Shown here one piece after another: positions 1 through 10,100 of a stretch of DNA of 64,000 bases. Position 1 is the stretch's first letter. Each line of letters begins with the position of its first letter. Both the position numbers and the translations under genes were made by a program. Location of the stretch: assembly GCF_022539665.2 (NCBI RefSeq), contig NC_081333.1:10416001-10480000 (forward strand), in the 5' to 3' direction. The DNA comes from Daphnia carinata (lineage: Eukaryota). Under the pieces are notes generated by a model that saw only the letters and a list, made by a program, of their open reading frames with translations, had not been told where the DNA came from and ran no database searches.

Positions 1-807
1 TGCATCGTAACCAATTAGACAGTAGCCCCCAAACAATATTTTTTTTAATGACTTTTCTATCGTCTTTTCTTCTTTCAATTTTTTCTTCTCCACCGTATTT
101 CTTCTTTTATTTTCATTTGATAATATGCTACTCTTTTACACCACTCCCACTAGCCTTGCTCTTAAACGACAGTTCATCGTCAACCTGCGCGACCACTAAT
201 GGATAGTTTAGAGTAATAAGGTAAAAGAGCGAATTGGGACAGCGTTTGGGCTAACAGCCTTTCTTATGGGGAATGCGTGTAAAGCCGATCTGCTAATTTC
301 GGACAAAAACCCTAATTCATTGGACATTTCTACTAATTCTGGACAGTCTTATTTTTAAAAACTAATTTATTCATTCGATTCAGTTTTTAATTCTGAATCG
401 AATAGCTTAAGACACCGAAGGGGGTGCAATAGAAAAATATTGCGAAATTTATGTTTCAACAACCAAAACAATGAGCTGTCAAAACGAGACTTCATTTTTC
501 AGGCCTGGTAACTTGCAATTGAAATTCACCCCAAAAACATAAAATATGGATTTTTAAAATTGTATTAAACACTTCGCTCTTTAAGTAGCCAATAGGTTAT
601 AGGTTCCACGGTAAAAACGAAAAAATAAATGTGATTCAAATTTTCGAGAAAAAAGCATAAGCACTTCCCGTAAACACGCCGTAATGTCCGAAATTTTAAA
701 CCGAAAAAAATTGTTTTTAACTTGCCCTATCCTACCAAATATCGCCGTAAGAATGTTCGTCGACTGTTTCGTAACAATGCGTTAAAATTTGTTACTAACG
801 TAGACAT

Positions 808-3800
808 ATACTATTCATTTAATTGCTGACTGATTTTAGTCTATTTTCCCATAAGTTCCCATGACGCTAAATCTGGACAGCAGACTATATTGATTTGTAT
901 AAGTTGTATACCAAAAATTACAAAACGTTCATAGCACAGTCATAAGGCTTTGGCGTGCAAGTTTGAAAGTCGGTGGTTCAACCCTACATAGTGACTGATT
1001 GTATTTCTTTGCTTATATATTTCAGCTCACTCTTTTTAACCATACGAAATTTTTTTTTTCAAGAGAGATTGTTAATTCATTTTAATCATCCAAAGCTAAC
1101 ATTTTTCCAATTATTATTACTTCCTGGGTTCGCCTAAATTCCGGTTATAAATCAGAAACTTCATCACCTTAGCCAGCTTACAATATTCATCTAACCTGTG
1201 ATTGCAATTTTCATATTTTTTACATAAGCTCCCATGGCACTAATTTGGGACATCAGACAATAAACTAAATAACGTTGGTAGGTTGTGTTTCTATTATCAA
1301 TCAACAGTGGCTTAGTCGTACGGTGTTGGAACACCAACTCGAAGGTTGGTGGTTCAATACCAGTTGGGGCTCTTGTGCAAATGTTTTTTTATTACTTGTA
1401 ATTTTTAATCTTATTTTGTGAGATTTTATACAATCGCCAAAGACACTTTAAACAAACGCAATATCAACAAATCTTGGTATTAATAGATTCGTTTAAATGT
1501 TCTCCACAGGGCTGTTAAATATTTTATGAAAATCATATGACAATATTCATCTAACCAATGATTTAAATTCTTATATTTTTTACATAAGCCCCCGTGACGC
1601 TAATTTGGGACAGTAGACTACATACAAGTAGACATGTTATGCTTTTCAATAGTTTTATACTAACCATGGCATAATCGTAAGATGTTGAATTGCCAACCAA
1701 AAGGCTAATGGTTCTATACCGTATGGAAACTATACAACAACTTGTATTTTCTTATTTTTGAATTTTTTCGTATTTGATGAGATATTTTAAAATCAATAAG
1801 AACATCTTAAACTAAAGCAATATCATCAATACTGGTATAAATAGATTCGTTTAAGTTTCCTCTACATGGCTGTTAAATATTTTATGAAAATCATATGAAA
1901 ATATTTATATAATGGGTGATTTTAATTCTTATATTTTTTACGTAAGCTCCCGTGACGCTAATTTGGGACAGCAGACTACATAAAAAAAGACATGTTAAGC
2001 ATTTTAGTTATTTTTTGTGAACCATGGCAGAGTCGTAAGATGTTCGATTGCCACCGTTAAGGTTAGTGGTTCTATACTGTCAAGGCACTATTTGTAAGTT
2101 TCGTTTTCCCCATTTCCTCATTTTTCCCTTTTTTGTGAGATATTTTGAAATCACTAAAAATACCTCACACTACTACAATATCAATAATATTAGGATCAAT
2201 AGATACGTTTAAGCTTTCTCTACATGGCTGTTAAATATTTTATGAAAATCATGTGAAAATATGCATCTAATCGGTATTTGCAATTTTTATGTGCTAATTT
2301 GGGACAGCAGACTACAAACAAAACGACACGTTATGCTTTTTGATTATATTTTGTTAACCGTGGCATAGTCGTAAGACGTTCGATTGCCACTCTGAAGGAT
2401 AATGGTTCTATGCTGTCCACAAACTATTTTTAAGTTTCATTTTCCTCATTTTTCCTTTTTTTTGAGATATTTTAAAAGTCACTAACGATACATCGCACTA
2501 CAAAAATATCAATAATATTATAATCATTAGATACGTTTAAGTTTTCTCTACATGGCTGTTGAATATTTTATGAAAATCATGTGAAAATATGCATCTAATT
2601 GGTAATTGCAATTTTTATATTTTTCCCATAAGGCCCCATGACGCTAATTTGGGACAGCAGACTACATACAAAAACACATGTTATACTTTTTAATAATACT
2701 TTATTAACCGTGGCATAGTCGTAAGACGTTCGATTGCGATTCCAAAGGTTAGTGGTTCGATACTGTCACGCACTATTTTTAAGTTTCGTTTTCCTAATTG
2801 CTCATTTTCCTTTTTTTGCGAGATTTTTTTAAAATCACTAAAGATACCTCACACCTCTACAATATCAATAATATTAGGATCAATAGATTCGTTTAAGTTT
2901 TCTCTACATGGCTATTGAATATTTTATAGAAATCATATGGAAATATCCATCTAATCGGTGATTGCAATTTTTATGTTGTTCACATAAGGCCCCATGACGC
3001 TAATTTGGGACAGCAGACTACATACAAAAAGATATTTTATGCTTTTTAACTACATTTTGTTAACCATACCGTAGTCGTAAGACGTTCGGTTGCCACCCTG
3101 AAGCACAATGGTTCTATACTGGCAACACACTATTTTCAATTTTCGTCTTCCTCATTACCTTATTTTTCCTTTTTTTGTGAGATATTTTGAAATCACTAAA
3201 GATATCTCACACTACTTCAATATCAATAAAATTAGGATCAATAGATTCGTTTAAGTTTTCTCTACAAGGCTGTTGAATATTTTATGAAAATCATGTGAAA
3301 ATATGCATCTAGTCGGTAATTGCAATTTTTATGTTTTCACATAAGCCCCCATGACGCTAATTTGGGACAGCAGACTACATACTAAATGACATGCTAGGCT
3401 TTTCTGTCAAGTTGTGTTAACCATGGCTTAGCTGTACGACGGTGGGTTACTGACATAAAGGTTGATGGATCTATACCGCATTGGCACCACATTTAATTTT
3501 TTTATTCTCGTTTTTGAAATTTTCCTATTTGGTGAGATATTTTTGAAATCACTAAGAACACCTTAAACTAAAGATATATCAATAATATTGGTGCCAATTG
3601 ATTTGTTTTAGTTTTCTCTGCATGGCTGTTGAATATTTTGTGAAAATCATGTCACAATATTTATCTAATCAGTGATCGCAATTCTTATGTTTTTTACATA
3701 AGCTCCCATGACACTAATTTGGGACAGCAGACTACGTTTTAAGACACATGTTATGCTTTTCAAGATATTTTTATTCAGTATGGCATAATCGTACGATGTT

Positions 3801-5405
3801 GGATTGCCAACATAAAGGCTGAAGGATCTATACTCTATGGGAACTATATATAAGTTTTTTTTTCTTTATTTTTGAATTTTTTGCCATTTGGTGAGATATT
3901 TTGAAATCACTTAGTACACCTTATACTAAAGCAATATCATCAATACTGGTATCAATAGATTCGTTTAAGTTTCCTTTACATGGCTGTTAAATATTTTATG
4001 AAAATCATGTGAGAATACTTATCTAATGGCTGATTGTAATTCTTATCTATTTTCCATAAGCTCCCGTGACGCTAATTTGGGACAGCAGCCTACATACAGA
4101 AAGACATGTTATGCTTTTGAACTTCTTTGTGTGAACCATGGCATAGTCGTAAGACGTTCGATTGCCAGACCAAAAGGTTAATGGTTCTATACTGTCAAGT
4201 CATTGTTTTAAATTTTTTAATCCTCCTTTCCTCATTTTCCCCGTTCTTGTTAGATTTTTTAAAATCACTTAAGATACCTTACACCACTGCAATATCAACA
4301 ATATTAGGATCGATTGATTCGTTTAAGTTTTCTCTACATGGCTATTGAATGTCATATGAAAATCATGTAAAAATATGCATCTAATCGATGATTGCAATTC
4401 TTATGTGTTTTACATAAGCTCCCGTGACGCTAATTTCGGACAGCAGACTACATACTAGATGACATATTATGCTTTTGAAAAATGTTTAATTCAAGATGGC
4501 ATAGTCGTAAGACGTTGGATTGCTAACCAATAGGATCGTGGTTCTATACTGACCAGTCACTACTATTTCATTTTTTGAATTTTCCCATTTTTTGTGAGAT
4601 ATTTTTAAATCACTTAAGATACCTTACACTAACACAATATAAAAATATTAGGATCAATGGATTCGTTGAAGTTTTCTCTCCATGGTTGTCGAATATTTTG
4701 TGAAAATCATGTTATAATATTCATCTAATCGGTGATTGCAAGTCTTGTGTTTTTTGCATAAGCTCCCATGACGCTAATTTGGGACAGCACACTACATACT
4801 AAATGACTTATTATAGTTTTCTGTTACAATATGTCAAGGGTGGCATAGTCGTAAGACGTTGGATTGCCAACCTGAAGAATCATGGTTCAACTCCAGTTGT
4901 AGAAAATCAAAATTTACTTTTGCCTAAATTTTTCACTTTTTATCACATTTTGTGAGATTCTTTTAAATCTTCAATGACGCCTTGAGCTAACGCAATATCA
5001 ACAAACACTGGTATCGATAGAATCGATAAGCTTTCCTCTACATGGCAGTTGAATTTATCATGAAAATCATGTGATAATATTAATCTAATTAGTCATTGCA
5101 ATTCTTATGTTTTTTACATAAGCCCCCGTGACGCTAATTTGGGACAGCAGACTACATACTAAGTGACATATTATGCTTTTCAAAAAATTTATTAGCCATG
5201 GCGTAGTGGTAAGACGTTGGATTGCTAACACCAAATGGTATGGTTCTATACCGACAGTGCACAACATGCGAAGTTCAATTAAATCGATTTGCAATTTTTC
5301 CCTATGTGTGAGATATTTTGAAATCACTAAAGACATATTCAACTAACGCAATATCAACAAACATTGCGATTAATAGATTCATATAAATTTTCCCTACATG
5401 GCTGT
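808..5405 (+). repeat. Tandem array of 13 diverged ~355 bp units
   Basis: Anchor (T)GACGCTAATTTGGGACAGCAGACTA recurs at ~865, 1238, 1598, 1957, 2293, 2643, 2999, 3356, 3713, 4071, 4429, 4773 and 5133. Shared blocks AATAGATTCGTTTAAGTTT and CTACATGGCTGTTRAATATTTTATGAAAATCAT occur in most units. The first unit is the most diverged. Confidence 0.95.
931..5265 (+). ncRNA. 13 tRNA-like (Pol III A-box/B-box) cassettes, one per array unit; probably tRNA-derived pseudogenes or promoters, not functional tRNAs
   Basis: Examples: 1307 GTGGCTTAGTCGTA...GGTTCAATACC; 2711 TGGCATAGTCGTAAGACGTTCGATTGCGATTCCAAAGGTTAGTGGTTCGATAC; 4841 GTGGCATAGTCG...GGTTCAACTCC; 5199 TGGCGTAGTGGTAAG...GGTTCTATACC. A-to-B spacing is tRNA-like and T-rich tracts follow. 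Acceptor stems are poor. Confidence 0.65.
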
Positions 5406-5600
5406 TGTTGTTTTTCGTTGTTGTTTTACATCATTCTTGATTTTTTCACATTTCGTGCGATATTGTTGAATCGCAGTTTGTAAGAAAAATTGCAGAAAAA
5501 GAAAACTCATTAAGAATTTTTTACTTCGTCACTATATGTTTACTGCTGTATGATAGTTTCCTAGCGTTCTGCAAAATAGCTATTCAGTTTTAACTTCTAT

Positions 5601-5659
5601 CTGGCATTGAACTGCAGTCCTTATTATCATGAGTCTAATGCTTTACCTCTGAGCTACCA
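5601..5659 (-). ncRNA. tRNA-like cassette (CAT at anticodon position), inverted, in right arm of element
   Basis: Reverse complement is TGGTAGCTCAGAGGTAAAGCATTAGACTCATGATAATAAGGACTGCAGTTCAATGCCAG: A-box TAGCTCAGAGG, D-stem GCT/AGC, loop CTCATGA, B-box AGTTCAATGCC. Confidence 0.55.
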
Positions 5660-5824
5660 AACTTCTGATGATAAAACTTCTATTTATAAATACTATTTAA
5701 ATGTTACCCCAAAATGCAGACAAAAATATTACTTTTTGGGGATTTTATTTGACATGATAGGCAGATATCGTCTATCGTCCCTATAAATACATCGAATGTA
5801 TTAATTAAACACAAGATTATATTT

Positions 5825-5890
5825 GAGCTGCTGAGAATTGAACCTCAGACCTCCGTCTCACCATCCAGGCATTCATCCACTGTGCCATGT
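5825..5890 (-). ncRNA. tRNA-like cassette, inverted, in right arm of element
   Basis: Reverse complement is ACATGGCACAGTGGATGAATGCCTGGATGGTGAGACGGAGGTCTGAGGTTCAATTCTCAGCAGCTC: A-box TGGCACAGTGG, D-stem GGCA/TGCC, T-stem CTGAG/CTCAG around GTTCAAT. It lies ~50 bp from an inverted GCTAATTCTGGACA motif (5941-5954), the same layout as the left-arm units. Confidence 0.6.
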
Positions 5891-7156
5891 CGTAAGATAA
5901 AATATGAAAATTACCGCCACCCCACGCCCTTCGAAAACAGTGTCCAGAATTAGCGCTTTCGCTTAAAGCACAATCAAATGGGACTATGACGAGAACAACA
6001 AAACAGTTTTTTTTTTATTTTTACTTAAAACCAATGACTTATTAACAAATTTCTTCTACGACAAGTAAAAGGAACATGAAAAGCGTGAAAAACCACTGAA
6101 ATTTCTGAAAAAAACTACAAATAAACTTGTGTCCCAATAAGGGACAACAGTTTCCGAAAAATTTCTCGTTTAGTCACTGGTAAAATGAAATAAAAAATAC
6201 GGAATTACCTTTAAAAATATAAAAAGTTTATTGGCTTTGAAGTTACGAAAAAAAAGTGAAAGAATGTAAATTAATTTTTTAAAAAAGCTGCGTGGATGAA
6301 CCCAGACTAGATTCTAAGTCCCTAAAGTATTTTTGCGTTATTTCTATGAAAATGATTCAAAAAACGGATAAATATCCTACATCAATCGATTTATTTTTGA
6401 ATTCTGCGTCGATTGATGTAAAAATATTGAAAAAAAGTTTTTTTTTTTTTTTTCGAAAATATCTGTGTCCTAAATTAGCGTCGGCTGTCCCAAATTAGCA
6501 GGAATGGGGGTTTTTTCTGGTTTGTAATATTAGAATAATACTAGCATTTAATGGGACAGACTTGTACTTAATCTGTAGAACTTAACTTGCTCTACTGTTT
6601 GATATAATTATTTAATGGGTTTCTTCAATTTTACCTTAGAAATTTCCTGTGCCGTCCAGGTGTCAGCTAACAAATCGTACGCTGTTTAGGTTTTTCGCCC
6701 GCAAGCAAAACGCACAGATTTCAATTACCGTTTTCTCGAATATTGTTGTTTTAAATTTTGCCCTTTTGATAAATTGCGTAACCCCCCTTTTAGTTTATAA
6801 TTCGCCTATAAGATGTCCCAATAGAACCCCTATCAGTATACCATTCGTGATGCGACGAAATGTATGTTTTTTGTCCCAAATTAGCAGGAACCGGGCCTGT
6901 GTCCCAATTCGCTCTTTTACCTTATAACATCACTCGACCAACAACGGGCGCACTTTGGAAATATAAAAGTAGCACGAGGAACTTCTTTCCTCCCCCTTTT
7001 GCGCCGTGTTTTGTTTTTTGTTGCTTTCCCGTGTGATTTCCCCCCGCCTAAATAACGAAAGGTTCCGTTGATCGGTTTGACCAAATCTTAAAGACCGGGT
7101 GGCAAAATCCCGCACGTTTTCACAGCTCAACTAGCGATCGGGAAACCATATAAATG

Positions 7157-7179
7157 CACACACACACACACACACACAC
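7157..7179. repeat. (CA)n microsatellite
   Basis: cacacacacacacacacacacac. Confidence 0.9.
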
Positions 7180-10100
7180 GTATGAAAGAAAACAAAAAAA
7201 ACAACAGGCCTATTATTTACTGTATATACACGCACAGAGAGAGCAGTATAAAGCGATCAAAGTCCCTTTTTCTGCGAGATAATAACACGAATTTCCGTCC
7301 GGCTTATTACTCGTTATGAAGACGATTAAGAGACAATTGTTGGTTGGTTTGAGAAGGGGGGGGGACCCTTTTGGTTTTTCTTTTTCCTTGCCAAAAAAAA
7401 AAAAAAAAAAGAACGAACGAGCCTCTCTTCATTAACATTCCCAGTGAACCGGCAAAGAAAAAAAAAAGGCTTTTTTTTTTTTTTAGATTTTCAATTTTTT
7501 TTTCTCTTTCTTTTCTTCTTGTTGTTCCATGTCCTTATATCTTACGCGTGGCTGATACTTGCCTGATTGGAAGCGACGACCACCAACGGACTGAAAAATA
7601 AATTTCAAGAGGCAATGGCTGCTGACGCTTGACGTCCATGAATTCAATGCATTGTGGATTTTCCACGGGACCGCAACAACAGTCAAAGAAAGAAGCTCCC
7701 CCTTCCACGAAGAAAAAAAGCAGAAGCTGAACAAGGCAAAAAAAAAAAGAGGAGATGTTGAAAGCCTTCAAAAACGGTTTGCTGGCTCTTCCTTTTTTTT
7801 TTTCTCTCATTATCGATTGACTGATTTATACCGGTCTAGATCAATACACATATAGCTGCTGCAATCCAACCAATGCAGGCAACATTGACTTTTTGAAAAG
7901 GGCGAGGATTTCCGTCCAATTGCTGTGCTGCCCTTTTGCCTGGTATAAGTTGTGAGTTGTGTGTTATGTAATGCCCAAAGCGGAGCGGAGAAGCTCCTCT
8001 ACGCTAATTTATGTGTTGGCTTGATTTTCGCTCCATTCTGTTTTTTTTTCTTCTTCTTCTTCTTTTCCTTTTTTTTTTTTTTTTGTGCTATTGCCATTCT
8101 ATATCGTCACCTTCCATTTTTTTTTTCTTTTCGTAATTCACCGCAGTTTGTTTGGCGTGTGGGAAATCTCGTTCCCTTTTATTTTTCGTTCCACGGTTTG
8201 GCGACCCCCAGAGGTACGTTGTTGCTCGTCAGATGTGGCCGTTGCTTCTTCGGCTTTCGTTCTGCTGCCAGGGTAATATACCGATGGATCGTAAATAAAA
8301 AAGAGACTCGTTGTATTTTTTTGCAGTCGACATTCCAAGCAAATGAAGGTAACAGACACAAGTGAATAGCAGAAGCTTCTTGCTGAAAACGCATTTCTGA
8401 GCCTACAGTTTACCTAACAAGGAGAGATAGAAAGAGGACGAAAAATGACTTGTTCCCGATTTTTTCCTTTTTTTTTTTTTTCTTGTTGCGGTAAGAAATA
8501 AAAATGACTGGCCGTGCGATGCAACAATTGATGACCAACCCGTTCGTGTATTTGATTATTCAAATAACCATAAAGAACGTTTTTTTTTTTCTGGACAGCT
8601 AAGACGGGCCCAACTTCTTCTTTTTCTTCGTCCGCTGATTGCGCTCAATTGCCTGCGCTCCCTCATTTCCGACAGTCTTTCCTTGTTTGGGTATAAACGG
8701 ACCAACGTCATCTTTCCTACCATGAGAATAAAGTCCCAGCAGATGAAGTATCTTGTCCGCCCTCCCGCATGTCTTCCATATTTTGCATGAAAGAGAGGCG
8801 AATGTCCTTCGCTCCTACCGGATGGTTTGAAAGTACAAACGAATCTTTTTGTTAACCCCATTTTTTTTTTTTTCTTCAAGAAATAGCTTTCCATCCTAAT
8901 AGTTGCATTTATATCGCCAAAACAATTAAGCGTGCACTTTGTGTGTGTGTGTGTGTTCCGTCTTTATTTCTGGTGAGAATTATCTACTGATTCTATTTTT
9001 AACGCGTTTTACGATCCATTGAACGTGGGCTACTTACGAAAGAGACAACAACAAAAGGCAAACGAAAGACAAACCAGAAAAGGAAGAAATCACACGTAGA
9101 AAAAAGCCTCCGTACATTTTTAGCCGGGAATACATTTACAATTAATTTTTTTTTTTGTTAAGGTTCTGTCGTTTTTCTTAATTATTTTCCCTTCGATACG
9201 TTGCTTTCATGATTTTTATAGCGCTTGTATTTCTTTTTTTTGGTTTTAAGACTACGTACTTCTCTTTCCATCGTGAGCTCGAACATTTTTTTTTCTCTTT
9301 TGATTCGGTTTTATTTGCTTGTTCGCGTCTAATCACTTTGGTGCCCGTTCTTTTTTGTCCACCGTTTTTCTCAAGGAAATCCGTCCGTCCGATTAGAAGC
9401 CACATCGTAAAACGACACACACATGCATACAAACGTTGAAGGTGAAACAGAAAATAACAGGCCGTATAGTACAAGGGCTTGTTTCGGTTCTTTTAATAGC
9501 CCACCGTTTTTCTTTTTTAAATACAGGTGGATCGAAGAGCGAAGCCACCTCTTTAATAGGCGAAGGTTACAACACAGAGGATGGCGGAGGTGGTGGTGGA
9601 TGACAAGTTTTTTTATTCCTCTTCTCCGCGTTGTTTGTTGTTTTATCTCTTTTCTGCGGCTCTTGATACCCCCCCCTCCCCACCCACCAGACTTTTTGTT
9701 TTACGCCCGTTAATTGGTATTAATAATGCGTTCTGGCGTGGATGAACAACGAAATGGATTGTCCTTCCTGCTAGCCCTCACACAACGAGAATCGGGTCGT
9801 AAAAACAAAAAATACAACAGCGTCAACAAACCAACTCTAAAAAAAGGACTAAGAGGGACACACCAAACAACAAGCAACAAAACACCCCCACAACGAGACA
9901 AGTGCGATGGTTACCTTTATCCCAATCACCCCCCGTCCCGCCTCAGTCAACTGTAAAATTAAAAAAAAAAAAAAAAACAGACGAAAATCCAAGCCGTTTA
10001 ATTGCTATTCAACGTGATAGATCGTAAAAAATTACGCCCACCATCATCAGGCAACAGCAACGAGGTGCACTTATCTTTTTGTCGTTTTTTGGGGGGGAGG

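Larger units (their letters stand above)
217..6924. mobile_element. Non-autonomous TIR DNA-transposon-like element (~6.7 kb) carrying an internal tRNA-like tandem array
   Basis: Perfect terminal inverted repeats: TAAGGTAAAAGAGCGAATTGGGACA (217-241) and TGTCCCAATTCGCTCTTTTACCTTA (6900-6924). TAA lies directly on both flanks (214-216, 6925-6927). The motif GCTAATTTGGGACA is on + in the left arm (292, 332, then once per array unit) and inverted in the right arm (5941, 6466, 6486, 6872). No transposase ORF is visible. Confidence 0.85.

Noticed and set aside
808..5405. CRISPR array (conserved ~25 bp motif at regular spacing)
   Set aside because: The intervening ~330 bp are homologous to each other rather than unique spacers, there are no cas genes, and the context is eukaryotic.
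931..5890. Functional tRNA gene cluster or 5S/SL RNA array
   Set aside because: Acceptor and anticodon stems pair poorly and many B-boxes are degenerate (GGTTCT, GGATCT). I recognised no 5S or SL sequence. Reported only as tRNA-like cassettes.
4127..6927. Short ORFs inside the element as transposase remnants
   Set aside because: All are under 95 aa, derive from repeat units, and show no DDE, HTH or zinc-finger motifs.
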